From an uncultured Oligoflexus sp. (GTDB lineage: Bacteria > Bdellovibrionota_B > Oligoflexia > Oligoflexales > Oligoflexaceae): a DNA stretch of 64,000 nt. The stretch spans positions 24,038-88,037 of the forward strand of contig CAXSGP010000002.1 in the NCBI GenBank assembly GCA_964236955.1. The letters are read 5' to 3'. A model generated the notes under the pieces. It worked only from the letters and a program-made list of their open reading frames with translations. It did no database searches and was not told the DNA's origin. Position 1 is the first letter of the stretch. Every line of letters begins with the position of its first letter. Made by a program: the position numbers and the translations under genes. Shown here in pieces: positions 1 through 10,053 of the stretch.

Positions 1-2
1 TG

Positions 3-686
3 CAAGCCGATCGCGCGCTGGCGATCGCCGAGACCGTGGCGGCCGCAGCGCCGGAGCCAGCCAAGGCTCCGGTGGATGATTTTGTTCCTTACGCCTCGCA
101 GCAGCAGGCGAGCCCCCTCTACGCCGGCCAGCCGATAACCCCCGAACGCGCTGTGAGCGAAGAAGAGCTCGAGCAGATCCGGGCGGAAGCGCGGGAACAA
201 GGTTATCGTCAAGGCTTTCAATCCGGTGAAGAACGCGCGGCTCTCGAATCGAGACAAAAGGCTCAGGCGATCTTGGAAGAGGTTGTCAATATCGTCGAAA
301 ACCTAGAAGGCATGCAAAAATCGATTTTGAGTCAGGCTCAAGCCAACTTCCATGAAATTTGCAAAAGCTTCATAGAATCCATGCTACATAAGGAATTTTC
401 GCTCGACCCCGAAGTCTTTGGCGCTGTCATCGAAAGAGCGATAGACGAAGCCCTGGATGATGATGAATTTAAGATATTTGTGAGCCCCAAGGTCGCCAAA
501 GAGTTAAAGAGCTGGAGCAACGAAAGACTTCAGGCCCGCCTTCGGGCCGATGACAAGCTGATCGATCATAACTTTCGGGTGGAGGGGCAGCATGCCTCGA
601 TCGATGCCGAAATTCCCAATATTATCAAAGATCTGTTGGATCAAGCGGATCTAAAGCTCTTCGAAGAAACTAAAAAGGCTGGCTAA
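3..686 (+). CDS. fliH: Flagellar assembly protein FliH (5'-truncated by window edge)
   Basis: AxxxGxxxG repeats (AREQGYRQGFQSGEERA), stop overlaps fliI start; frame is open back to the window start. Confidence 0.85.
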   Translation, partial: QADRALAIAETVAAAAPEPAKAPVDDFVPYASQQQASPLYAGQPITPERAVSEEELEQIRAEAREQGYRQGFQSGEERAALESRQKAQAILEEVVNIVENLEGMQKSILSQAQANFHEICKSFIESMLHKEFSLDPEVFGAVIERAIDEALDDDEFKIFVSPKVAKELKSWSNERLQARLRADDKLIDHNFRVEGQHASIDAEIPNIIKDLLDQADLKLFEETKKAG

Positions 687-2041
687 TGGACGACGCCCTG
701 ACGATGCGCAAGCTGAGCCCCTCGACGCTTAAGGCTTCCTTTCATTCGATCCCGTGGTCCTGCAAGGGCCGAGTAACGGATGTCGTCGGCACTCTCATTG
801 AGGCGACCCTTCCCGGCGCGCATGTGGGTAGCATTGTTTCGATCAAAGCCCCCGATCGCAAAGAAACCATCCTGGCTGAAGTCGTGGGCTTTCGCAAGGA
901 GCGGGTTTTACTTTTGCCCTATTCGCATCTCCAAGGCGTCTCGCCTGGCTCTTCGATACAACTGGTTCGAAGCTTCGCCGAGGTCCCCCTTGGCGATCAC
1001 CTGCTGGGCCGTATCGTCGATCCTTTTTTGCAAACACTCGATACCGGCGAGAATCTGATACGCGAAGACCTGCCCACCTTTAATATCGACCGTGACGCTC
1101 CCAATCCTATCGAACGCATGCGCATTCATAAGGCATTGGGTCTTGGCATCCGCGCGATGGACGCCCTGCTCACCTTTGGCGAAGGTCAGCGCATCGGCAT
1201 CATGGCTGGTTCGGGGGTAGGGAAATCGGTTTTGATGGGAATGATTTCCAAAAAAAGCGAAGCCGACGTCAACGTCATCGCTTTGATCGGGGAACGAGGC
1301 CGCGAGGTTCGTGAATTCATTGAACGTGATCTGGGGCCGGAAGGCCTGGCCCGGTCTGTCCTAGTCATCGTTACCGGCGATCAATCGCCCCTGATGCGCA
1401 TTCGCGGCGCCAAGCTAGCGACAAGTATTGCCGAATATTTTTCCCATTCCGGCCGCAGCGTGATGCTGATGATCGACAGCCTCACACGGGTGGCGATGGC
1501 CCAGCGTGAGATCGGCAATGCTGTTGGCGAACCGCCGACGACCAAAGGCTACACCCCTTCGGTCTTCTCTCTTCTCCCAAAGCTTTTGGAAAGGGCCGGC
1601 CCTCAGAAAAAAGGCCGCGGCCCGATCAGCGGCCTCTATACCGTGCTGGTCGATGGTGATGATTTTAATGATCCGGTTGCCGATGCGGTGCGATCCATTC
1701 TCGACGGTCACATCGTCCTGACGCGCGAGCTGGCGATCAAAGGCCATTTCCCAGCGATCGACGTGAGTGCGAGCGCCAGCCGCGTGATGAGTGATATCGT
1801 CTCGCAATCGCACTGGCAGCAGACCAATTATTTTCGGGAACTGCTTGGCACCTACAACACCGCGCTCGATATGATACAGATCGGCGCCTATCAAGCCGGC
1901 ACCAACCCAAAACTTGACGAAGCGATTCGCCTCATGCCGGCGATGGAAAGCTTTCTCAAGCAAGGCATCAATGAATCCTGTTCGTTCGATGAAGCCACGC
2001 TTGGCCTTCGGCGGGTATTGATGGGGCAATCACATAAATGA
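686..2041 (+). CDS. fliI: Flagellar export ATPase FliI
   Basis: Walker A AGSGVGKS, LIGERGREVREF, DSLTRVAMAQREIG, GEPPTTKGY, DGHIVL; lies between fliH and fliJ. Confidence 0.96.
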   Translation: MDDALTMRKLSPSTLKASFHSIPWSCKGRVTDVVGTLIEATLPGAHVGSIVSIKAPDRKETILAEVVGFRKERVLLLPYSHLQGVSPGSSIQLVRSFAEVPLGDHLLGRIVDPFLQTLDTGENLIREDLPTFNIDRDAPNPIERMRIHKALGLGIRAMDALLTFGEGQRIGIMAGSGVGKSVLMGMISKKSEADVNVIALIGERGREVREFIERDLGPEGLARSVLVIVTGDQSPLMRIRGAKLATSIAEYFSHSGRSVMLMIDSLTRVAMAQREIGNAVGEPPTTKGYTPSVFSLLPKLLERAGPQKKGRGPISGLYTVLVDGDDFNDPVADAVRSILDGHIVLTRELAIKGHFPAIDVSASASRVMSDIVSQSHWQQTNYFRELLGTYNTALDMIQIGAYQAGTNPKLDEAIRLMPAMESFLKQGINESCSFDEATLGLRRVLMGQSHK

Positions 2042-2493
2042 GTTCGATCGCCGATAAAATACAAAGGATGCTGCCCCTTATCAAAATCAGGCAGATCCAG
2101 CTCGATCAGCAGCTCTTCATCCAGCAGCAGATTCAGACGCGCAAAATCGCTGCGAAGGCCGAGCTTTTGCGTTGTCAGCACATGTATATCAAGGGCATCG
2201 ACCGGCTCAACCAGGAGCGCCAATCGCCCGAGCGCAAGATGCTGGAAGCCTTGGAACGATCGATCGATCATGCCAAAGCTCTCTGGCATAACAGGCTCTT
2301 ATCACTGCGGGCAGTTGAGGACGAAGAGAGGGTCCAGGACCTGGCGGTAAAGCTGGCCTATAAAAGTCTCAAGATGCTCGAAAAGCTTGATGAACGCTAT
2401 ACAGTCGATCTTAACGACGATCTGAAGCGAGCGGAACAAAAGCAGCTGGATGAATTTGCCATTCAAAGCGCAAGACGAAAGATCTGGGGATAA
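2038..2493 (+). CDS. fliJ: Flagellar export protein FliJ
   Basis: 151-aa coiled coil overlapping the fliI stop; C-terminal EQKQLDEFA motif. Confidence 0.8.
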   Translation: MSSIADKIQRMLPLIKIRQIQLDQQLFIQQQIQTRKIAAKAELLRCQHMYIKGIDRLNQERQSPERKMLEALERSIDHAKALWHNRLLSLRAVEDEERVQDLAVKLAYKSLKMLEKLDERYTVDLNDDLKRAEQKQLDEFAIQSARRKIWG

Positions 2494-2495
2494 CG

Positions 2496-3248
2496 ATGTC
2501 CAATCTCATGGGTAATATTTTAAGCCGCTATTCCATCCCCGTCATCATCGTGATGAAAATCGGAGTTTTGTCCTATATTTTTCTGGGCGATAAAAAATTG
2601 ATGTGGTTTGGCGACAAGCCGATTTCCGCCCAGGAGAAAGCAGCGCCTAAGGACAGCCCGCCCGAACCAACGCCAGCCGATGCCGATGCCCAGCCCGACG
2701 GCAAGCGCAAAGGTTTTTTGGATGATCTTTTGAATCTTCCGAAGATCGATAGCGAGAACCTGAAAAAGGATGAGGTCGGCCGCTATCTGACCCTGCTCGA
2801 ACGAAAACAAAGTCAGGTCGAAAACCGCATCGATATCTTGAAGTCACGCGAAACACAACTTAAGGGCTTGGAAAAATCGGTCGATGAAAAGCTCAAAAAA
2901 CTTGAAGAGGAGATGGTCTTCTTTCAGCAGACGATACAAAAGGAAAAGCAGATCCAGGCCGATCGTTTGGATAAGCTGGTTGAGTTCTATCAAAAAATGG
3001 ATGGTAAAAAAGCCGCTCCGGTCTTTGAAAAGCTCGACAAGGATCTCGTCGTGGCCCTCTTCAACCGCTTTCCTCAGAAGCAGACGACGCTGATCCTTCA
3101 GCTCATGAATCCCGATAAATCCGTGGAACTTTCCGAATACTACGGACGCATAAGATCGGCCAAAGAATACGAGATGCTAAAGGAAATCAATACGACTCTT
3201 CGGAAGGAATTTCAGGACTGCAAAGGCATGCCTGAGAAAACGCCTTGA
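2496..3248 (+). CDS. MotE/FlbB-like flagellar membrane protein (MgtE_N-like C-terminus)
   Basis: N-terminal TM, coiled coil, then LVEFYQKMDGKKAAPVF...ILQLMNPDKS; typical position after fliJ. Confidence 0.75.
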   Translation: MSNLMGNILSRYSIPVIIVMKIGVLSYIFLGDKKLMWFGDKPISAQEKAAPKDSPPEPTPADADAQPDGKRKGFLDDLLNLPKIDSENLKKDEVGRYLTLLERKQSQVENRIDILKSRETQLKGLEKSVDEKLKKLEEEMVFFQQTIQKEKQIQADRLDKLVEFYQKMDGKKAAPVFEKLDKDLVVALFNRFPQKQTTLILQLMNPDKSVELSEYYGRIRSAKEYEMLKEINTTLRKEFQDCKGMPEKTP

Positions 3249-3470
3249 ATGGGTCGGCACCTATTGTTTGAAAGATCGGGCGATGGCATACTGAAGCCGC
3301 ATCAGGGCCGCCCTTGAGGCATCGGAAACGTTTTGGAATGGTAAAACCGCGTCGCTGAGCTGGCAAAAAAAGCAGTGTATTCAAGATATTATAGCCTTTT
3401 AGGCAAACCCCAGGGGCGGCCTGGGGCCATTCCCGAATGAAAAGCTTTCGGCATATTCAGAGGTCTCATT

Positions 3471-4433
3471 ATGCGTCTTGTTTTCATGGGCTCACCGAGT
3501 GAGGTGATTGCTCCTTTGGAAGCCCTCATTCGCCACTGTCATCAAAGCGATGACCAGATACTCGCTGTCGTGAGTCAGCCGGCCAAACCTGCAGGTCGAA
3601 AACAAACCCTTGCCGATCCACCCCTGGCCGCTTTTGCCAAAGAGCATAATCTGCTTTGCCTTCAGCCGATCAAAGCCAGTGATCCTTTATTTCTTGCCGA
3701 ACTCAGCAAACTTGAAGTTGATGTGATCATCACGGCCGCCTATGGCCAGATCCTTTCCACAGCGTTTTTAGCAATTCCCAAGCGAGCGACGATCAACATC
3801 CATCCCTCGCTGCTGCCTGCCTACCGGGGCGCGATTCCCGTCCCGGCAGCGCTTCTTGATGGCCATATGACCACTGGGGTCACGGTACTTTTCACAGTGA
3901 AAGCGCTGGATGCCGGTTCCATCATTGTTCAGGAAAGCTTTGCCATCGACGCCTTTGAAACCGCCGCCGATCTCACGGCACGGCTCTTTCAAGCCAGTGG
4001 CCCCATGCTTCTGCAAGCCCTCGATAGACTCCGGGATCCAAGTTTCATTGGAATCGCTCAGGACGAATCGCAAGTCACGATTTGCAAAAAAATTGCCAAG
4101 GCCGACGGCGCCATCGCCTGGCACAAGAACGCGCAGACTTTAATGAATGAGTTTCGGGCCTATCAGCCTTGGCCCGGCAGCTATACGGAACGCGATAAGG
4201 TCCGTATTGTGATCGAAGCGATGAGCTCCGCCCCCCCCATGGGTGAACCCCTGGCACCGGGTGAATTTCTTTTTGACAGGAACGAAAAGACCATTCGGGT
4301 CGGTACCGGCACAGAAGCCTTGGCAATCCGTCGCCTGAAAAGCTCGGGTTCCAAATCAGTGGACGCCATAGGATTTTGGAATGGCCTGCGCCTGACGGGC
4401 AAAGGTCAGTTTGAGGTCGCATGCCAGGTCTAA
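3471..4433 (+). CDS. fmt: Methionyl-tRNA formyltransferase
   Basis: MRLVFMGS, VVSQPAKPAGR, AAYGQIL, INIHPSLLPAYRGAIP, LDAG. Confidence 0.95.
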   Translation: MRLVFMGSPSEVIAPLEALIRHCHQSDDQILAVVSQPAKPAGRKQTLADPPLAAFAKEHNLLCLQPIKASDPLFLAELSKLEVDVIITAAYGQILSTAFLAIPKRATINIHPSLLPAYRGAIPVPAALLDGHMTTGVTVLFTVKALDAGSIIVQESFAIDAFETAADLTARLFQASGPMLLQALDRLRDPSFIGIAQDESQVTICKKIAKADGAIAWHKNAQTLMNEFRAYQPWPGSYTERDKVRIVIEAMSSAPPMGEPLAPGEFLFDRNEKTIRVGTGTEALAIRRLKSSGSKSVDAIGFWNGLRLTGKGQFEVACQV

Positions 4434-5041
4434 AGCCAAAGATAGCGGTAGCCGTTTCAGGTCAGGGCCGCACCCTTCAAAACTTCCTGCAGACATCCCT
4501 TGCCTTTGACGTTGGGGCAGTGATCGGCTCAAACTCCCGGGCGCCTGCACTCGACCTGGCTCGCAAGGCGGCCTTGCCGATCTTCATCGATGATTTTAAG
4601 GCTGTCGATCCTAAGACCTTAAACGATTGGCTCATCGACCAGGGGATCTCATGGATTGCGCTGGCCGGCTTTCTCAGGCCCTTCCCCTTGCTTTCTGATT
4701 TTTCAAATCGTGTTATCAATATCCATCCTTCGCTGCTTCCTCGGTACGGGGGCCACGGCATGTATGGGATCCGGGTCCATGCGGCGGTGCTGGCCGCTCG
4801 GGAGGCCTTTACCGGTGCCACCGTGCATTTTGTCAATGAACGCTACGATGAAGGCTCTATAATCGCCCAGGCCCGTACCGCGATCGGCACGATTCAAAGT
4901 GCCGAGGAACTGGCGGCCGAGGTCTTTGCACTGGAATGTGAGTTTTATCCGGAAGTCCTGTCAAGGCTTCTCAATCATCAATTGCCCTTAAACGAAGGCC
5001 GCATCTGGCACTTCGAGAGAGATACGCCATGCACAAGATGA
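4421..5041 (+). CDS. purN: Phosphoribosylglycinamide formyltransferase
   Basis: SGQGRTLQ, LAGFLR, NIHPSLLPRYGGHGMYG, GATVHFVNERYDEG. Confidence 0.93.
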   Translation: MPGLKPKIAVAVSGQGRTLQNFLQTSLAFDVGAVIGSNSRAPALDLARKAALPIFIDDFKAVDPKTLNDWLIDQGISWIALAGFLRPFPLLSDFSNRVINIHPSLLPRYGGHGMYGIRVHAAVLAAREAFTGATVHFVNERYDEGSIIAQARTAIGTIQSAEELAAEVFALECEFYPEVLSRLLNHQLPLNEGRIWHFERDTPCTR

Positions 5042-5298
5042 CCGTTGAAAATTTTCAGGAAAAAGCCTTTCGGTTTCGCGAACGCCAGGCCGGAGTCAGC
5101 CTCATCTATGACCCCACGACCAGCGCCTACAGTTACAATGCCTATTGTCTCGAAACTAAGATCATGAAAGAATTGTTCACTGTGGAATTCGATTACCTCG
5201 ACGATGCCCTTGAGCTTATGAACGAAGAATTCGGTAGCTGGGAGCTCTTCGATCTTTCAGAAAAGAGTTCAGGCTGTGCAACATGTGTCGCAAAATAA
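5029..5298 (+). CDS. Small acidic hypothetical protein with C-terminal CxxC
   Basis: 89 aa, overlaps purN stop, GAGAG SD-like sequence; ends SGCATCVAK. Confidence 0.7.
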   Translation: MHKMTVENFQEKAFRFRERQAGVSLIYDPTTSAYSYNAYCLETKIMKELFTVEFDYLDDALELMNEEFGSWELFDLSEKSSGCATCVAK

Positions 5299-6397
5299 TC
5301 GTAGCATCCGTCGCCGCAGTTCTCCTTTCTACCTAACATTTGCCCTTTTCCTACTGGGGCCGACGGCCCTGGTTCCGCTCCGGGCCCTCAGCGCGGAGAA
5401 CTCCCAACAAAGCGCCCCCGGCGCAGCTGAGACGCCAACTCTCGACGCGCTTGAAACACCAAAGATTCCAGATACCTGCGAACTCATTTCGCGCGGTCCG
5501 GGGGTGGCCCTTCAGGACAGCGAAGTTCGCCTGCACACCTTTCTTGAGAGGCTGCTTTTCGATCTGCAAAAAGATAAATTTGAAAAGTTCTCCGACTCCT
5601 TTCATCCCCGGGCCAAGGTTGCTGCTGATCTTGGCGATAAGATTCGCTCGATTATCATCAGCCGCTACAATGCTCCCCTTCAGTATTCCGTTTTTCGGGT
5701 CTGGCGCATTCGCTCGCCGAGCGCCAGCAAACAAATCCTCGATAACTGCCCTGAAAGCGATGGAGCCAAAATCATAACGTCTTACGGCTATGCTGAGCAG
5801 TTTGCGGTTTGGGTGCAGATCATGGGACAAAACGAACTCGGACGCCTGATCTTTTCCATTGCCCCAGACAAAGGCAGGATGAGCATCGTTGGCTTTCGTA
5901 TTCAACAGTGGACTCAATCGGGAGCCGACTGGCGGGCCTGGGCCACAAAAGGCGAAGCAGCTGAAGCAAAGAAAAACATACGCGAGGCTTACATCGACTA
6001 CGATATCTCTCAAAAGCTGCTGGAAGGCAAGGATTTGGTTCTCTATCCGATGCAGACGACCCTAGTCCAAAAGCGCAAGCAAGTCTTTAGCCAGGCTCAG
6101 CTGGTCGAAAAGGTGAACAGTGATCTCGGAATCACGTCAATTGCTTATATCGGGACCTTGCTCGCTAAAGAAGGCAGTGGAATATTTCTTCGAGAATATA
6201 TCGCCAAAGAACTTTCCGCGCAGGTACTCGATAAGATGTGCGTCGATCGTGGCCTCGGATTGCAAAAAAGTGGTTGGCTTGATCTCACACAAGGGCTCCG
6301 CTGCAACTATATTTTCAAGGGCATGAACCCTTTGCAAGATTCAGACCTTGGTGGTTACTATAAAACCGCGGAAGACCTTAGGCCCCAGAAAAAATGA
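5276..6397 (+). CDS. Hypothetical exported protein
   Basis: 373-aa ORF with basic N-terminus, hydrophobic stretch and ALSA-type cleavage site; four Cys. Confidence 0.75.
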   Translation: MQHVSQNNRSIRRRSSPFYLTFALFLLGPTALVPLRALSAENSQQSAPGAAETPTLDALETPKIPDTCELISRGPGVALQDSEVRLHTFLERLLFDLQKDKFEKFSDSFHPRAKVAADLGDKIRSIIISRYNAPLQYSVFRVWRIRSPSASKQILDNCPESDGAKIITSYGYAEQFAVWVQIMGQNELGRLIFSIAPDKGRMSIVGFRIQQWTQSGADWRAWATKGEAAEAKKNIREAYIDYDISQKLLEGKDLVLYPMQTTLVQKRKQVFSQAQLVEKVNSDLGITSIAYIGTLLAKEGSGIFLREYIAKELSAQVLDKMCVDRGLGLQKSGWLDLTQGLRCNYIFKGMNPLQDSDLGGYYKTAEDLRPQKK

Positions 6398-6465
6398 CGA
6401 GCCCTGCAGGAATTGCTTACGCTCTCCGCAAAGAAAAAGACTGTGCTAAGATAATAAAGAGACGC

Positions 6466-6596
6466 TGGATCGAGACGGTGACCAACCCCCCAAGCCAAGG
6501 AATGCTCGGCAATGCTTGCACGAAGCCCCTTCGTTTCGTGACGGTGCTGGCGAACGGTTCGATATTTGCCGGCATTCATAGGCCAAGTCCCTAGCA
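6466..6596 (+). other. Candidate structured leader or small RNA
   Basis: Nested pairings GAATGC(T)CGGCAA/TTGCCG-GCATTC, CACGAAG/TTTCGTG, GCC/GGC, GCTGG/CTAGC, downstream of an extended -10-like TGcTAAGAT (6444-6452). Confidence 0.3.
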
Positions 6597-6684
6597 CACT
6601 TTATTTCTCATTCCGGTCGTTCCATTTCCACCCGCTCCCTTTCAAGCCGGTTATAACAGAAAAATTACTCTTGAGGTAGAAGCT

Positions 6685-8298
6685 GTGCCCAGCAGTGCAT
6701 TGTCGATTCTGCACGCCTTTCATCGTCAACTGCAGCAGTCAACACTTGACGGCATCAAACATTTTCATGGCCAGACCACGCCTGCTATTGCCACCTATGC
6801 CAAGCGCTTTCAGGACTGCCTTCCAAAGACCTTTGCGAAAATACCAAGTACCCAGCTGATCGACCGCGTGCGGGAGGCGGAGGTCGTGCTCTTTGGCGAT
6901 TTTCATACCCTGTCCCACAGTCAAATCGCGTTTTTTGAGCTTTTGAAGCGCACCTATGTCATGAGTAAAACCGGAGGTTCCACACGCCCGTTGTGGGTCG
7001 CCATGGAAATATTCGCAGCCGTCGATCAATCGCTCATCGATGATTACCAAAGCGGCCTTCTGCCCGAAGAATACTTCCTCAAACGCATCGACTATCACAA
7101 TAAATGGGGCTTTCCCTGGGAGAACTATAAGCCCATTGTTGATTTCTGCGTGCAAAACAAGATTCCGATTGTCGGCATCAACTGCCACACCGATCCCATC
7201 GATCGCCTGGCCAAACGCGATTCCTTTGCAGCAACGATTATACAGAATATACAAAGCCAGGACCCCAGGGCTCTCGTCTTGTGTCTAATCGGGGAATATC
7301 ATCTCGCCGATCAGCATCTGCCACGGGCGCTCGGGAGCGCTCGGGTCGTTCGGGTCGTGAATAACATAGACGACTACTCCTTACCCGCGCTTGATGCAAG
7401 CCTACAGAGCTTCGAAGCCTTACAACTCGATCCCAATTTCTATTGCATCCTCAATACCTCGCCCTGGCTGAAATGGCAATCCCTGGCGATGTGGGAGGAA
7501 CTGCATGGGGTGTCGGAAGAGAGTTTTTACGGCGGTGAAATCGACGCCTATACGGTTCAGGAATATGATTTTGAATATCAGCTGCTCTTTATTCTCAAAT
7601 CCATGAATGAGTTCCTGCAGCTCAATATCAGCCCAAGCGATATGTCCTTTGATATCTATCTAAAACCCGACCGCCCCACTCTGAGCTATCTGCGCAGTAA
7701 GTTTGGGATATCGCGGCAAAATTACGCTACCGCCGAAAGAAAACTCTATCAGGACGGCTTTTGTTACCTGCCGCGCGCCAAGGCCATTCTGTTGCTCGAC
7801 TTTTCCATGCACCATCTCCTCGAAGCCGCAGGCTATATCCTGATGGACTGCCTGAATCGAAAACTGCCGAAGCAGGGAACATTTATTCAGCGTGTTCACT
7901 ATCAAATTTGTGGCGTGCTCTGTGGATTGATCATGAATCCCCGCCGATCGACCTTTACCATCGATCAGGTCGAGCACGATCTCAAATCCCTGCAGAAAAA
8001 ACGCCTTTCCGGCGACGTTCGAAAATTTCGTAAGGCCTATAAGCGGGTCCGTGATTTCTATCAGGAGGGATTCCACGAAATGTTCAGGGCAACACAAAAA
8101 CTTGAACTCCAGGATAACGATGCAAACTATCTGATCAGCCGCATATTGGGCGAGACCCTGGCCCATCAAATCTTTCAGAATCTTTTAAATCATGGCAACC
8201 TGGAATTCAAAAAGGGCCTTGCGACCCTTTTTGCTACGGATTTACTGGGCCAATTGTCCCACCTGGATGCTCCAGCCAAGCTATCCGCAGCATCCTAG
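6685..8298 (+). CDS. ChaN/EreA-like superfamily protein with C-terminal extension
   Basis: [16 protein letters not shown]...[26 protein letters not shown] resemble the ChaN-like core; no signal peptide seen. Confidence 0.7.
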   Translation: MPSSALSILHAFHRQLQQSTLDGIKHFHGQTTPAIATYAKRFQDCLPKTFAKIPSTQLIDRVREAEVVLFGDFHTLSHSQIAFFELLKRTYVMSKTGGSTRPLWVAMEIFAAVDQSLIDDYQSGLLPEEYFLKRIDYHNKWGFPWENYKPIVDFCVQNKIPIVGINCHTDPIDRLAKRDSFAATIIQNIQSQDPRALVLCLIGEYHLADQHLPRALGSARVVRVVNNIDDYSLPALDASLQSFEALQLDPNFYCILNTSPWLKWQSLAMWEELHGVSEESFYGGEIDAYTVQEYDFEYQLLFILKSMNEFLQLNISPSDMSFDIYLKPDRPTLSYLRSKFGISRQNYATAERKLYQDGFCYLPRAKAILLLDFSMHHLLEAAGYILMDCLNRKLPKQGTFIQRVHYQICGVLCGLIMNPRRSTFTIDQVEHDLKSLQKKRLSGDVRKFRKAYKRVRDFYQEGFHEMFRATQKLELQDNDANYLISRILGETLAHQIFQNLLNHGNLEFKKGLATLFATDLLGQLSHLDAPAKLSAAS

Positions 8299-9911
8299 AA
8301 AAGGATGACGTCGCCCCGCTCGGCGCTTTTATCGTCGACGGGGTCGCCGGCCTGGACGTCTTTTTCTTTGCCCTTTTTATCCCCAAGCCGTTTCTCTTCC
8401 GGAGTTTCAAATATAAACACTTCGCTCGGGGCCATCTGGGCCGTTACCGACGTCGGTGCGGCCGGTCGCTTTTCTACGGCTCTCAGTTCGGGGCGAGACG
8501 ATGCCTCTGACGGGAACGAGCTCTGTCCCACCGCAATTTTTCCGGACGGCATCGTATGAATCCCATGAAGTTTGGAAACCATCTCCTCCGCGAGGTGCGA
8601 GATCTGACGGATAGGTATGACGGCAGCCTCAATCTCCTGCCTCGTGATATCTTGAAACTGCAAACTTAGAATAATGTGATCGATATTGGTGGCGACGCTC
8701 TTGGAGCTGACCACCGACGAATCGACCAGCTTTGAAAATACTTCGGTCGATTCCTTGGCAGTGGTAAGCAGGCTTTTTACGGCGAGATCGACGCTCTCTT
8801 TTTTATTTTCCGTCTTCACACGGTTTTCATTGAGTGACTTGGAGATCGCTCCGACCGAATCGTTGACCTTGCCAACGATCTGGGTGATATCGTTGGAAGC
8901 CTGATTGGTACGATCGGAAAGCTTACGGACCTCTTCCGCAACGACGCTGAAACCACGGCCATGTTCACCCGCCCGGGCCGCCTCAATCGCTGCGTTCAAG
9001 GCCAGGAGATTGGTTTGATCGGAAATATACTGAATATCTTCGGTGATCTTATTGATCGTCGCGGTGTTTTCCAGGATGGTTTGAATGGACTGCGAATAGT
9101 GCACATTCAATTTGCTGTTTTCGTCGAGCATTTCCGTCATCTCTTTAAGAAGGCGCAAGGCAACGGTGATAACACCGGACAGGGAGAGCTTATCTTCGAC
9201 TTCCTGGGGCCCGCCGGAAAACTGCTTATTGATCTCATTCGATTCCAGTAGATGATCCTGAGCCTTTTCATAGATAAACCGAACCTTGTCACCAATTTCA
9301 ATGGCCGATGTTTCGGTGTGATTGATCACAGTCGACATTTGCTTTTGAATCTGGGGGATAAGACCCAGGATATTGCGAAGCAGCTTTTCCTGACTCGCCA
9401 GATGCTCATCGCGGGCTCCCAGCAGAGACTCCAACTCTCGAACACGGTCGGCCTGATGGAAGGAAACCTCGGGAACGGCCATACGCGCTTTGACAGTTTC
9501 GAATTCAACGCGCAGAGTATTAAAGGTCGAGCGAGAATGCACTAAGTCCGCACTACGCTCTTTGAGTTCAGCATTGAGCTCACGATTGAATTTCTCAAGA
9601 TCTTCTTTCTCGCTTTGAAGCTGTCCCCGTTCTAAAGCGAAGTCTTTCTCCAGCCTGTTTTTAAGCAACAGGAATTTTTGATCGACAAGTCTATCCAGCG
9701 TCTTTGGATTGGGTGTCCGCGGGTTGGATCGGGGCGATCCCTCCAGGACAGGCTTCGGCAGGCAGGCCTGAAGCAGCATGCAAACCCACATAATCAAGGC
9801 CAGCGCCGGCAGCACAAATGCCTTGTAGTCAATCAACGGCGCAAAGCCTATGACTGCGGCCGGTACCAGTGCCACACTTGCAATAAAAATGGGATCTTTA
9901 AAGAGCTTCAT
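8295..9911 (-). CDS. Methyl-accepting chemotaxis protein
   Basis: [37 protein letters not shown] signalling tip; two adjacent N-terminal TMs; LQFQDITRQ; ends GDVILF. Confidence 0.93.
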   Translation of the reverse strand: MKLFKDPIFIASVALVPAAVIGFAPLIDYKAFVLPALALIMWVCMLLQACLPKPVLEGSPRSNPRTPNPKTLDRLVDQKFLLLKNRLEKDFALERGQLQSEKEDLEKFNRELNAELKERSADLVHSRSTFNTLRVEFETVKARMAVPEVSFHQADRVRELESLLGARDEHLASQEKLLRNILGLIPQIQKQMSTVINHTETSAIEIGDKVRFIYEKAQDHLLESNEINKQFSGGPQEVEDKLSLSGVITVALRLLKEMTEMLDENSKLNVHYSQSIQTILENTATINKITEDIQYISDQTNLLALNAAIEAARAGEHGRGFSVVAEEVRKLSDRTNQASNDITQIVGKVNDSVGAISKSLNENRVKTENKKESVDLAVKSLLTTAKESTEVFSKLVDSSVVSSKSVATNIDHIILSLQFQDITRQEIEAAVIPIRQISHLAEEMVSKLHGIHTMPSGKIAVGQSSFPSEASSRPELRAVEKRPAAPTSVTAQMAPSEVFIFETPEEKRLGDKKGKEKDVQAGDPVDDKSAERGDVILF

Positions 9912-9946
9912 CGGCTCAACCTCAATAAGGGTCTCTGTTGGTCTAT

Positions 9947-9973
9947 TGTTCGGAGGATTTTGCTAAGTCTTTA
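9947..9973 (-). promoter_or_regulatory. Putative sigma28 (FliA) promoter of the MCP gene
   Basis: Minus strand TAAAGACT-N11-TCCGAACA versus consensus TAAAGTTT-N11-GCCGATAA, about 35 nt upstream of the start. Confidence 0.6.
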
Positions 9974-10053
9974 TTTTTGCCAAATCCGGGGGCGCTCCCC
10001 GCGCCGGGACTCCGCCGAAACCCTTGACATTTGGGTAGAAACTTTGCCAAGCA

